The notes under the pieces are model-generated. The model was not told the DNA's origin. It did no database searches and saw only the letters and a list, made by a program, of their open reading frames with translations. Shown piece by piece: positions 12,464-24,632 of a DNA stretch of 50,812 nucleotides. Origin of the DNA: Octopus bimaculoides (taxonomy: Eukaryota); assembly GCF_001194135.2 (NCBI RefSeq), contig NC_068982.1, forward strand, positions 60,013,648 through 60,064,459, written 5' to 3'. The translations under genes and the position numbers were made by a program. Within the stretch, counting starts at the first letter, position 1. The number at the start of each line of letters is the position of its first letter.

Positions 12464-13182
12464 CAATGGTTCTCAACTGGGGTTCACTTGACCCTTGGGG
12501 GGGGGGGGGCATATAAGATTTTATTATTAAAATTTATGCGCAATAAACTGCTTATATTTCTACACTCTCTCTTTACTCTTTTACTTGTTTCAGTCATTTG
12601 ACAGTGGCCATGCTGGAGCACTGCCTNNNNNNNNNNTGGCCATGCTGGAGCACTGCCTTTAGTCGAGCAAATCGACCCCAGGGCTTATTCTTTGTAAGCC
12701 TAGTACTTATTCTATCGGTCTCTTTTGCTGAACTGCTAAGTTACGGGGACGTAAACACACCACCATCGGTTGTCAAGCGATGTTGGGGAGACAAACACAG
12801 ACACACAAACATACACAAACATACACACACATACACACACATATATATATATATATACATATATACGCCGGGCTTCTTTCAGTTTCCATCTACCAAATCC
12901 ACTAACAAGGCTTTGGTCAGCCCAAGGCTAAAGTAGAAGACACTTGCCCAAGGTGCCATGCAGTGGGAATGAACACGGAACCATGTGGTTGGTAAGCAAG
13001 TTACTTACCACACAGCCACTACACAAAATATTTTAGCATTTTTTATACAATTCCTAATAATATTTAATCGTAAAAACATAATAGGGATTTTTAGACATTG
13101 AATGGCTATGTGGGTCCCCTACCCCCTGAGTAAAATAGGAACCAAAGGGGCCCATAGGTTAAAAAATGTTTGAGAACCACTG
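12464..13182. mobile_element. hAT/Charlie-like MITE interrupted by a SINE
   Basis: TIRs CAATGGTTCTCAAC (12464) and GTTTGAGAACCACTG (ends 13182); 8-bp flanks GTTTACAT/GTTTAGAC (6/8 match). Confidence 0.75.
12566..13020 (-). mobile_element. SINE family A, near full length
   Basis: High similarity to 14658-15167 and 41551-42010; tRNA-like head, internal CA/TA run, (GAGTAAAA)-type tail. Confidence 0.92.
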
Positions 13183-13399
13183 GTTTAGACAACAGAAAGC
13201 AGTCAGTAGGGTTTCCATCTTCATCCCCATCTTTGCTCTCTCTCCATTTGTTTCTCCATGGTTTATCCAATATAAAGCATTTTTCTACTGACTTGTATAT
13301 CAGTAAGGTGTTCTTGATTTTAGTTCAGAGGTTGTGATTGCTGCAGTTGGTTATTTATTACAAGGATGTGACAATAATTGCATTTTTTTTTTAAACAAT

Positions 13400-13680
13400 C
13401 ATGCAGCATTTGAATAGTCTCCTTTTTTGTAGGGATGAGGTGTAGCAAACATACTCATTGCTAGTAGCTAATTAAATACGTAGGTTTAATGGCAGCTGTT
13501 AGAATCTGCATCATTTCATTTTCATCAGTTTTATTTGTATTGACACTACATGTTCATACAAGAGACCAGTATTCAGCTATATGATAGCCTAAGGCTAGAT
13601 GTTCATTGCAACACAGACAAATTTCAATGACAAGGAAGAGAAATTCAAAAATCTCTCAAAGCCACAAAGTCTCTTACTTT
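13400..13680 (-). mobile_element. Decayed Ingi/Vingi-like LINE fragment (post-RT region)
   Basis: Minus translation ALGYHIAEYWSLV*TCSVNTNKTDENEMMQILTAAIKPTYL, then frameshifted LLAMSMFATPH, versus recalled ALxYSxAEYCAPVWxRSAHTxxVD..NETMRIISGTLKPTP..LPVLSNIAPPH. Confidence 0.6.
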
Positions 13681-14469
13681 ATAGGCTTATCATAGACGCC
13701 TGGGTCATTGATCTAATTTGAGCTATTATAGACTCCTGGATCAATGTCTAAGCAGTCATTATAGACTCCTTGATAATTGACTAAGTATTTGAACAAAGCT
13801 GATTGACTACCAATAATAACCATCAACATGTTTAAGTATGTGTATGTACATTTGATAGTGTGTTTACCGGTGTGCATGTGTGTGTCTGCGTTTGTGCATA
13901 CGTGTATCTAAACAGACTAAAAGAGAAAGTATGGACGAACATAAGGAGCATAATGTTAATGTCACCTCCTATCAGAGAATCAATCTGACCTGTTTATAGA
14001 GGGATTAGTTAGAAGTTGAATATGTAAAATGTTGAATACAGAATAATGGAGTTTTTTATTTTGCCTTTTTTTTTTTAACAGAGTACTTCCATACAACAAG
14101 CTGACCAGTGAACATATCATCGTTATTATGTCTTGATTACTGGTGATACAACCATTATAGGCTCCAGAGTGCCTTGTTTAATTGTTACAGTAGTTATTTC
14201 AGATATATCATAGTTAATTATGTAGAAGTCATGGCAATAATCAGCAGTTGAATTATTTTGGGGGTATTTCAGTCATAATCTTGTGAGTGGAATTCATAGA
14301 AAGAAACTGAAAGTTTGTTGTATGTATGTGTTTGTGTGTGTGCACATAGACATGAGTACGCATGGAGATGTGTGTGTGTGTGTGCATGGATATGTGTATT
14401 TGTGTCTTCTTGTCTTAACAACCCAATGACAATTGTATATGTGTGTGCCCACAGGGAAACATTAACTCA

Positions 14470-14610
14470 CTTGGAAATAGCTAAGTGTAAGCAACAAGAG
14501 GGGAACCTGACTATACAAAAATCCACAAATTCCATTTATCTCATGCAAGCATAGGAAAGTGGACATGATGATAACAATGATGATGATTTTAAAAATGATG
14601 ATGATGATAC
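14470..14610 (+). mobile_element. Family E 3' fragment
   Basis: CAAATTCCAT..CATGCAAGCAT.G.AAAGTGGACAT followed by (GAT)n; similar to 48440-48515. Confidence 0.55.
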
Positions 14611-14657
14611 CATAGTTTTTCCAGAAAATGTGTCTGTGAAAATGTATTTCTCTTTAG

Positions 14658-14875
14658 TACTCTTTACTCTTTTACTTGTTTCAGTCATTTTACTGTGGCC
14701 ATGCTGGAGCACTGCCTTTAGTCGAGCAAATCGACCCCAGGACTTATTCATTGTAAGCCTAGTACTTATTCTATCAGTCTCTTTTGCCGAACTGCTAAGT
14801 TACGGGGACGTAAACACACCAGTATCAGTTGTCAAGTGATGTTGGGGGGACAAACACAGACACACAAACATATAT

Positions 14876-14940
<65 letters not shown>

Positions 14941-14961
14941 NNNNNNNNNNNNNNNNNNNNN

Positions 14962-15001
<40 letters not shown>

Positions 15002-15167
15002 GTGTGACAGGCTTCTTTCAGTTTCCGTCTACCAAATCTACTCACAAGGCTTTGGTCGGTCTGAGGCTACAGTAGAAGACACTTGCCCAAGATGCCATGC
15101 AGTGGGAATGAACCTGGAACCATGTGGTTGGTAAGCAAGCTACTTACCACACAGCCACTCCTGCGCC
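14658..15167 (-). mobile_element. SINE family A, full length
   Basis: Minus-strand head GGCGCAGGAGTGGCTGTGTGG (A-box-like) and GGTTCATTCCC (B-box-like), then GGCATCTTGGGCAAGTGTCTTC (CORE-like by recall), internal microsatellite and tail. Confidence 0.93.
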
Positions 15168-15339
15168 TAAAATGCACCTAACTTATAACAGCTATCATGT
15201 TAACACTTAATGCACGGATTTGTTCACCTATTTGCAAGCCACACAGCAACATTGTTGTAGCTATTAAGTTATAGGTAAAACAAACAGGTTGGGTAGAAAA
15301 TATGAAAGGTAGCAAGCTCAGAACAGCACTCACACACAT

Positions 15340-15383
<44 letters not shown>

Positions 15384-16458
15384 TCTCTTCTCTTACTGGA
15401 GTTTTTAAGCTGTGCTTTTTAAAAAAGGGAATCAATTTATTGTTTATGTTTTCAAGTTTGATGTCTTAGCAGCAAAGCCTTCCAGATAAACATTGCACTT
15501 CTTTGCAAAGTATGAATATGCAAGATATATATGAATTAGCTCAAGGTCATTGTTATAAGTCGCTTTAGTTACCCTAAAATGACAGATTTCATTGAAAATT
15601 TATGGAAGTACTTTTACTATCTTATTTCACAGATATATAAATGGCACATTATTGGTTTGACACAGAAAAGGAAAAAAAATAACCATCAAAATGACAAACT
15701 AGCATGATTCCATTATAGACAAGCTGCCAGATTCCTCTATTGATTAAGGTTACCTTCAAATAGTGCTGTCCAAATTTTTATTATTTGTTGCTTGTCTTTT
15801 TTCACATGTATGTATGAGTGCATGCATGTGCATGTGTGTATGTGTGTGTGTGTTCATTTTTGTACATGTGTAAATATGTGTGCAACATTTTAAGTAAACT
15901 GTAAAAAAAAAAAAAGAGGGGGAAGATATTATAATAATTATTTGCGCCAAACAACCTTTTCAATGATTCAAATTACATATTGACTATTTAATATAGGAAT
16001 CAGTTTGCCTAATTAAGGACATTGTTGTTAAGCAGCAAAGAACTAATTAATTGGCGTTGTGGTCGTTAGAGATATTGGGACAGTGGAAACTATTCATGCA
16101 ACTGTATACGACTGTGTACATATGTATGTAAGTATGTATGTATGTGTGTATATGTGTGTGTGAGTGTGTGTGTGTGTGTTTGAGTTTGTGTATATGTCAT
16201 TAGGTTTGCATATGTAAGTGTGCTGTCAAGAGAGGCCAAGAGGTATATGTGACTCTAAAATATATACAGGCACCTTTCCAATGATACAGCATCATGTAAA
16301 ATATATGTGATGTGCACATACGTGCATGAACAGATAGGTATTCACAAATACATAAGTTTGTATACATTCATATACACAAATATGTATGTGTGTATGTGTG
16401 TGTGTGTGTGTATGTAAGTATGTGTGTGCATGTGTGTAGAGATGGAATGAAAATAAAT

Positions 16459-16778
16459 GAAAGCACGTGGCTTAGTGGTTAGAGTATTCAGCCCACGATC
16501 ATAAGGTCATGAGTTCAATTCCCGGTGGTGCATTGTGCCCTTGAACAAGATGCTTTGTTTCACATTGTTCCAACCCACTCAGTTGGCAAAAATGAGTTGT
16601 ACTTGTACTACAAAGGTCCAGCATTGTCACATTGTGTGTCACACTGAATCTCCCTGAGTACTACGTGAAGAGTATGTGTGTCTGTGGCATGCTCAGTTAC
16701 TTGGATGTTAATTTCACAACTAGGCTGTTCTGTTGATCAGATCACTTGGAACTCATCATCATAACCAACAAAGTGCCA
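16459..16778 (+). mobile_element. tRNA-derived SINE family B
   Basis: A box TGGCTTAGTGG, B box GAGTTCAATTCC; 3' half homologous to 45910-46090. Confidence 0.85.
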
Positions 16779-17463
16779 GAATGGAAATAGGCATTAGGAA
16801 CTAGGGATATGTTAAGTTCCAAGAAGCTTAAAGTTGGGAAGATGATACAAGACACTATAAACCCCACCTTCCATGAACTGAAAAGTAGGGGGATGCCATC
16901 ACCCAGTAAACCTTATTATTTCCATCAGTGTTTACACTAAATGTTTTCTAAAAATAAAAGTGATGTGAATATCTAAATTCAATATTAAGCATTTGGCCAT
17001 AATGGCACAAAAACAGATTCCTTGCATTGAGACCATTTAAACTGTTATACTTATACCCAATGACAGAAATGGAATTTTAGAACTAGGAGCATACTAAGGT
17101 CCAAAAGGCTGAGGGCTGAGAAAGTGGGTCTAGCCCCTATAAGCCATCACCTTCAGTAAGCTGAAGGGTAGGTGAATGCCTTCCCTTTGCATACCATACC
17201 TTTTTGAAAGGAAAAGTTCCATAAGTGGCTTGTTTGTTTTCCTATGTGTTCATTCTGTTGTCCGTTAAAAAAGTCCATTTTTTGTGCTATGTTTATGTTC
17301 CTGTTCCTTTTTTGTCCACGTTTTTTGACGTCCTGTACCCAGATGTGCATCTATATATACATGTAGATGTAGGTATGTACATATATGTATGTATACATGC
17401 ATATGTTCATATCTCATTTGTATAATTATATATATATATATAGGCAATTAAGTCTATGTTCAG

Positions 17464-17529
17464 TCATATTGACCAATGGTTTCACATCCATAAAAGGCCT
17501 GGCCCCATGGACAGTTCATCAGACTCTAA
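17464..17529 (-). ncRNA. Minimal type-I hammerhead ribozyme-like motif
   Basis: Minus strand: CUGAUGA (17522-17516); stem II AC-U-GUCCAU/AUGGAU-GU; GAAA; stem III ACC-AUU-GGU; GUC triplet (C at 17471). Stem I UUAGAGU/AAUAUGA has two G-A mismatches. Confidence 0.65.
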
Positions 17530-17678
17530 AGTCAAAGTTATATAACTCTTTGAGGCAGATATCTGTTATGGTCAGTTCATTAGTAACCAAAGAATAAACA
17601 ATCTAGGTCGGTGAGGATGGGTTATCTCCCTCAGTCCAGTTCATATGGGCTAAAAGTGGGGGAACAGGGTGACTCTCT

Positions 17679-17989
17679 GTTTGTTATGACAAGTGTTCCA
17701 GTTGACCTGATCAACAGAACAGCCTGCTCGTGAAATTTTATATGCAAGTGGCTGAGCATTCCACAGACACATGTACCCTTAAGATAGTTCTCAGGGAAAT
17801 TCAGCATGACACAGAATGTGACAAAGCTGGCCTTTTGAAGTACGGGTACAACTCATTTTTGACAGCTGAGTGAACTGAAGCAATGTAAAATAAAGCATCT
17901 AGCTTAAGGATACAACGCATCACTGGGAATCGAACTCATGACCTTATGGTTGTGAGTCAAATGCCCTAACCACTAGGCCATGTGCCTTC
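17679..17989 (-). mobile_element. SINE family B
   Basis: Reverse-complement homolog of 16459-16778; GGGAATCGAACTC is the B box on the minus strand. Confidence 0.88.
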
Positions 17990-18564
17990 ACACAGACACA
18001 CAAACACATATATATATGCCTTTTGCCATATTCTTCTAATGAGGGCGACCTGGCTTCACTTGGCACAATATAGGAACTTCTATTTTTCGGTACACCTACA
18101 ATATCATGGCTCTTTACTATGTAAGAACATGGCTATTGCATAAGCCATAGTTTGCCCCAAATAGCTATCTAGATATGATTATTACATAACTCCTTAAGGA
18201 AAGAAAGAAAGAAAGAAAGAAAGGGTGAAAGAAAAAAGAGATTGACAGACAGACAGACAAATGTCTCTTGAAAATGTTAATAAATAAGGAAGGAGAAAAA
18301 GAATCTCATATTAATAATACACTTGTAAAGAAATGTGTATACATATCCACATCTGAATTAATGTCAAGTTAATGATAGATTTATTTGAACACATGCACAT
18401 TTGTACTTAGCTTCATGATATTATTTATATTAACCATAATGCAAAAGTTCCTGTTCTACTTATGTATAAATAGCTATAAAGTCCCACATATGCACACCAG
18501 CACACAGAGCTATATATATGAATGACTAAACACATGCAAAAGTTCATAATTGTGAGTATGTGCA

Positions 18565-18751
18565 TGTGTGTGCGTGTTCCTATCACAACTTGACAACCAG
18601 TATTGGTGTATTTGTCCCCATAACTTAGCAGTTTGGCAAAAGGAATTAATAGAATAAGTACCAGGCTTTAAAAATAAGTATTGGGACTAATTAGTTCAAC
18701 TAAAATTCTTCAAGGTGGTGCCCCAGCATGGTTGCAGTCTAATGACTGAAA
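18565..18751 (+). mobile_element. SINE family A, 3' half
   Basis: CTTGACAACC..CCCCAGCATGG.TGCAGTCTAATGACTGAAA matches the family tail half; begins at a TG run. Confidence 0.8.
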
Positions 18752-18755
18752 TATG

Positions 18756-18800
<45 letters not shown>

Positions 18801-19538
18801 NNNNNNNNNNNNNNNNNNNNNNNNNNNNNNNNNNNNNNNNNNNNNNNNNNNNNNNNNNNNNNNNNNNNNNNNNNNNNNNNNNNNNNNNNNNNNNNNNNNN
18901 NNNNNNNNNNNNNNNNNNNNNNNNNNNNNNNNNNNNNNNNNNNNNNNNNNNNNNNNNNNNNNNNNNNNNNNNNNNNNNNNNNNNNNAACACAGAGAAAGG
19001 ACCCATCCCTCAGTTGTCGACTGTCTATCTATTCCTCATTTCAAGCATTCAACGACAATATGAGTCTTCAAAGACAGTTGCTCCTATAAATTCTAAAATA
19101 AAATTTAGAATTTATGAAGGGTTAAAGTTGGAAACAAAAGCCGGACAGTGGAGACATACAAAGAAACCAAACGAAAACAAACATGGAGGGTCTTTAGACA
19201 GGAACAAGAGGAAAATAGTGAACGCTGGGAGAAATATTTTCTTACAGGTAAAAACTCAATTAAAATCAATTTATTAGAAATTAAAATTAAATTAAGTTTC
19301 ACAGTTTTAACTTTAGGTAGATTTGTTAGTACGCTGTTATGTAGGCGAATATATATACATAGGTAGGTAAATGGATATGTAAGTAAACAGATAGATAAGT
19401 AGACAGATAGGTTCATTGGTAATACGGATAGACAAGCACACACACACACAAAAGGAGATGGAAACACATGACCATATACACAAATATTTCACAAATTACA
19501 ATTTACCATACATTACCACCCTAAAACTATATATATAT

Positions 19539-19595
<57 letters not shown>

Positions 19596-19723
19596 GGCAC
19601 AGGTGTGGGTGTGTAATGAGAAGCTTGCTTCTGAACCATATGGTCCCAAGTTCAGTCCCACTGTATGGCACCTTGGGCAAGTGTCTTCTACTATTCCCTC
19701 AGGCTGACTAAAGCCTTATGAGT
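19596..19723 (+). mobile_element. SINE family A, 5' part
   Basis: GGCACAGGTGTGG..GTTCAGTCCCACTG..GGCACCTTGGGCAAGTGTCTTCTACTAT. Confidence 0.85.
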
Positions 19724-19947
19724 ATGCAGTATATATAGTTGAGACGGTGCTTACATAATGTGTGAGCCATGATGTTTTAATAGAAACTATAGCCATAGTG
19801 AAGGGAAAAAAATTTGTTTGCACAAACTACTAGAAATAATAACTAGATTTCGCTCAAATTGTTTCCTAATAATTTTAGGTAAAGGGTGGCAGATAAAATC
19901 ATGCAGTCTCAAATATACAATGCCTGAAAATTAAAAAAACTGTTTAA

Positions 19948-20143
19948 CCTTTTAGTAGTCAGATGAATACTTATTCATTCACATTGTTTTAAATTAATTA
20001 TGCATTATCTCGTAGTTTCAAGATTTTGATGATGTGATTGTTTATTTTTTGAATGACATTGTAGGGCAGGTGTGAGAAGCCAGATCTGGCTGGTTGGAGC
20101 ATAAAGCAAGAAGAATATTTGTGCTTGTTTAAATGCTAATGGG
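19948..20143. mobile_element. piggyBac-type MITE
   Basis: TTAA flanks at 19944-19947 and 20144-20147; termini CCTTTTAGTA..ATGCTAATGGG; internal sequence is the reverse complement of 40197-40417. Confidence 0.75.
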
Positions 20144-23100
20144 TTAAAGCCAAAATAGTTTTGATGAGAGATATGCTCAATCAGAGCTGACTTGGAACTA
20201 AATAACAGCAACAATCTCTCTTTTGACTCCTCACCCACATCCATTCCGATCTCTCACTCACTGTACTTACCACCTCAACTCTTCCAGTCCCTACCAAATG
20301 GATTAGTCAATCTTTTTCTCAGTTCCACCAGCTACTACTTGAAATTACACACTATCAATGGGTTAGTTTTTCTTCTACTTCACAGGGCAATTTAACTTGA
20401 TGCTACTTGACAAATTCTTATGGAATTACCATTGCTGCAGATGTAGATCCTTGCTAGTTTCTTCATATTCCAGAATTTACTTGGAGTAAGTTGTAATTTG
20501 TGAAATATTATTTATCTATCTATCTATCTTTTATCAATAATTTAAACCAATTGTTGGATAAAACAGCATCATTTAAGTTGATCTTTGTAAAAGGTTTTAT
20601 ATTATGTAAATCAAAATTCCCAGAAGGCTCTTAATTCAGTGAATCTTAATTCAAAATTCAAGTAAACACTTTATAGAATGCTAATCATTTATGTGAGCTA
20701 TGGCAAACATTTTTTTTTTTTAAGAAATCTCCTTATATGCTATGATCAAGTTAAATTTAAGCTTTGCACTATTGACATAATATTTTCATTACAATTCAGT
20801 CTTACTATAAACCAATAAAAATCAAAGAGATGAGTAAAGTGAAAGCTTATCTGCCAAATTGGATGGAACAGTTTTCCACTGAAGTTAGAATGATGCCTTA
20901 TGGACTTGTGTTGCTTATTCATGTTAAGTTTTGTTCTATTCTGAAGATGCCACTCTTTTTTATCTTTCCTATTTTTATAGATTTTCTATGAACTTCAATT
21001 ATAAATCAATGCATTAGGTCAGTTTCTGCAACATTTTCGACATCTTAAATGAACAAATGAAAACACAGATCTCTTTGACTAAATCTCAAGTTACTGAATA
21101 ATATTGCTTATGGTAAAAGAAGACATAGTGACTCCAGAGATTAAAAAATTCTATCCTGTTCAAGAATATTGATAAATAAAAAAGATAAATATAAAGATAA
21201 ATAAAAATAAAATTCTTTCACTATGTCAATAATTACCAAGGCATACAGGACAGTAGATTATGCAGTTACTGTTGAGCAATAGATGTAATGCCTTACAGTG
21301 TTTAGACTTTTGAATCTGAATCAGTGAAATAACCAGTAATATACCAATCAACAATACTCCTTCTGCTAGCCAAAAAGAAATCAAAAACATACACTTTTGG
21401 GGAGCAGTTTATGGATTAAAAACATCAATCAATCATTTCATTTATTTTCCAGCTATTCCTAATAGTTTAACCTAGATTTATATGAATCACATTATCTGTA
21501 CACTATATTAATCCCCTTCTTTCAGAGCTACAACTTTCTGGAACTTTCTTCCTGGCCATGTTTACCTTGCAGGTAATAATTTTCCAAGGCTCAAGTTGAA
21601 TATCAAGCACGTGCTTCTTATTAGTCGAAGACTGACAGCAGGAATTGTGGGTACTTTTTTTGCAGAACGAAAAATTTAAAAGAATAAACCTGTCACTATA
21701 CATCAAAGACTACAAATAATTAGATTAAAATTTTTTTTTTATTGAAATCTTCATCTCTATGTAGTAAGGCAATCACTTCTCTAAGTTCAAGAATTACACA
21801 TTAATTCCTTCAGCATTATCTTTTTCTTGAGATAGAATGCCCACCAAAGTATACAAATTTCTAAAAAAAGATGCCTTCAACCTACATTATATGGTCTATT
21901 TACAAGTGGGATACACTCTGTAAATCCATCACTCTCCTCTGCTCAGCAGCACTTAAACTGCACTTAAGAAAATCAGCTTCCTATACACACAAAAGACAAA
22001 AATTCTAGGCATTATATACAACATCTCAATAACTTTCACACAACAGCTAGAGGACATAAAAACTAAAACAAAAAACAAAAACAAAAAAAAAACAAATAAA
22101 CATACTGTAATCGCTAACAGGCAAACATTTAGATAAAATATATTCTGTTTAAATATGACATGAGCTTGCAAGCAATAGATCCTTCATAGACTATGTTAGT
22201 TCAGCTTAGGTATGCATACAGCAATAAATTACAAACCATCACAAACTCTGTGCTGTGTCATATCAGATGTCAAAGATACCACACAGATAGACCACCTACT
22301 AAAATTGAAAGATCACTTAGACATGAGAAGCATATTTGCTGGAATATAACAAGTCCAATGTTTTATTTTTTAGTTGTTCACTGTTTAGTTGGCTACCTCT
22401 TTAAAGTTAGTCTACATGAGCTTAGTTATTAGTATTTACACAGTATCAGCATTGTGTATTTTCTTATTTAATGATTTCTTACCTAGAAACATGATGAAGT
22501 TAATGTTAAAGAGGCTATATATAGTCAGTTGACCATCAATATTTTTATTACAATTATTTTATAATCAATGCAGGATTAGACATTCGACTGATAAGTACCC
22601 AAACTATATTCTATGATAACACCAATTTTGGCATTTTGTCAATTTCTTTCCAAATATATACTTTATGTAGGACAATCTAAAAATATTGATGGACTAAACT
22701 TAGTAACAGTACTATATAATTTTAAGTTTAAATAATTGTTGTTAATTAAATATATTAAACCATGTTAATTAAACTATATCTTGCTATATCATATAGCAAT
22801 GTATCTTATCTCAGCAATACTATACTATAATTAATTTCATCAATACCTTGATTAAATAAGATATATTTCAATAATTCCTAAAATGTTATTTTTTACATTG
22901 TTATTCTTATTTGAGTTGAGACCAAATAAAATGAAAGTGAAAAACACAATAGAAAAAGATGAAAGAAGAAAACGGTTAAATAAGAAGAGACACAAATATT
23001 CAGTTGAATGGTTTTTAGTCTTATTTCATTCACATAAAAGATCATTTATATCTATGAAACACAAAAACAATCACAAAATAATCTACAATCTCTTCCTTCT

Positions 23101-23888
23101 AACCATACAACGATTTTAAATAATTGGCTGCAAATTTTACACTCATCTTTATTCCCATTCTTAAGTCAGCTTCTCTATGTTAAAACCTGATGTGCCAGTC
23201 TTTCAGTTTTTCTATCTCAAAGAAGAAACCCCAAAGAGTGGATCGTTTGCTTTTTAATAGTAATAGCTCCTGGATGAGGTAAGTCTTCATTAAAAGGCAC
23301 CTGATTAATTAACTGTATTGTCAACACATGATGATAAACATCTAAGTTCAATATCCAGTTGATATTTTGCCAAAGTAAAAAATATTTTCTGTATCACTTA
23401 ATCTTATAAGATTTTTATGAGATCAAGATAAAAATACTAGGAAAATGTTAGTATTGTAATGATAGAGAATCCAACTGAGGATAGTATATGTAAGTGATTC
23501 AATTGAATTGGCTTTAATATTGATTTGTTCAGTGCAGAATTGGTAATCATCAACCAATTCATGTTCTAAGTGGTGGTAACTAGTTCAAAATAGCAGAGTT
23601 ATAACTAGATAAATCGTTGTTATTTTGATTGTTAAACCAACGTTTAGAAATCAATCATTTATTTCCTAATTCCTGCTTAGTAAATATAACGTTATCTATC
23701 CTTCAGGATGTGATAAATCAATAGAAAATTAGAATCAAAATCAATAACAACAAAAATTTGCAGTGGAAATTTTTATCAGTGCTTCAAACACCTTAGTATC
23801 AAATAAACTGCACCATAAACAAATGATCCACTACTGCTACCACCAACAAAGGGATTTTAGTATCTTTAAGATATTAGATCCAAGCAAT

Positions 23889-24010
23889 GGGGTAGTCTCT
23901 ATGTGGTCACTTGAACTGTTAGAAATAGCAGTCAAATGCTCTCAAATCACACTTTACCTTCTTACAAGAGGAGGAACATAGTGGATACTATGATACTAGA
24001 TATACAAAAA
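23889..24010. mobile_element. Interspersed repeat fragment (family F)
   Basis: GAAATAGCAG.CAAAT..CTCAAATCACAC motif; related strings near 30787 and 36136. Confidence 0.45.
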
Positions 24011-24114
24011 CACAAACTAGCTGTTCCTGGAATACCCTTTATAATACATTTTTAGTCTAACTAAATAAACTATTGCATTCTTATGTCCAGTATATATATA
24101 TATATATATATATA

Positions 24115-24439
24115 AACCAGCATTCCATTAGTTATGACAATGAGGATTCTAGTTGATCAGATCAACAGAACAGCTGGCTTATGAAATTAATGTGCAAGTG
24201 GCTGAGCACTCCACAAACAGACATACCCTTAATGTAGTTTCCAGGGAGGTTCAGCATAACACAGAATGTGACAAGGCTGGCCCTTTCAATTCTATGTTCA
24301 ACTCATTTTTTGAAGTTGAATGGACTAGAGCAATTTGAAATAAAGTGTCTCGCACAAAGACACAACACACTGCCAGGAATTGAACTCAGGACGTAATGAT
24401 CATGAGCCAAATACCCTAACCGTTAAGCCATGCATACTC
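24115..24439 (-). mobile_element. SINE family B
   Basis: Collinear with 17679-17989. Confidence 0.85.
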
Positions 24440-24632
24440 AGTAAATTCAAGAATGGAGCTGATGGCATTACATTTGTTTCTTCCTTATGGTCACTTCAAC
24501 AATTCATGGTTCATTCACTTCAAGGATATAAATGACTGTGCAATACTACAACATATTGTGATCCATATTCATCTTGTCAGATATGGGTAAGAAAAATACA
24601 TGTAATATATTGTAATATTTCACAATCATGAA

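Noticed and set aside
12605-12658. 22-bp direct repeat TGGCCATGCTGGAGCACTGCCT around a 10-N gap
   Set aside because: Absent from other SINE A copies; typical contig-overlap artefact.
14080-14135. Strong acceptor followed by VLPYNKLTSEHIIVIMS*
   Set aside because: Unrecognised peptide with no linked exon; poly-T acceptors are common here.
19086-19115. Perfect 12-bp hairpin
   Set aside because: Almost all A/T and too short for a pre-miRNA; expected by chance.
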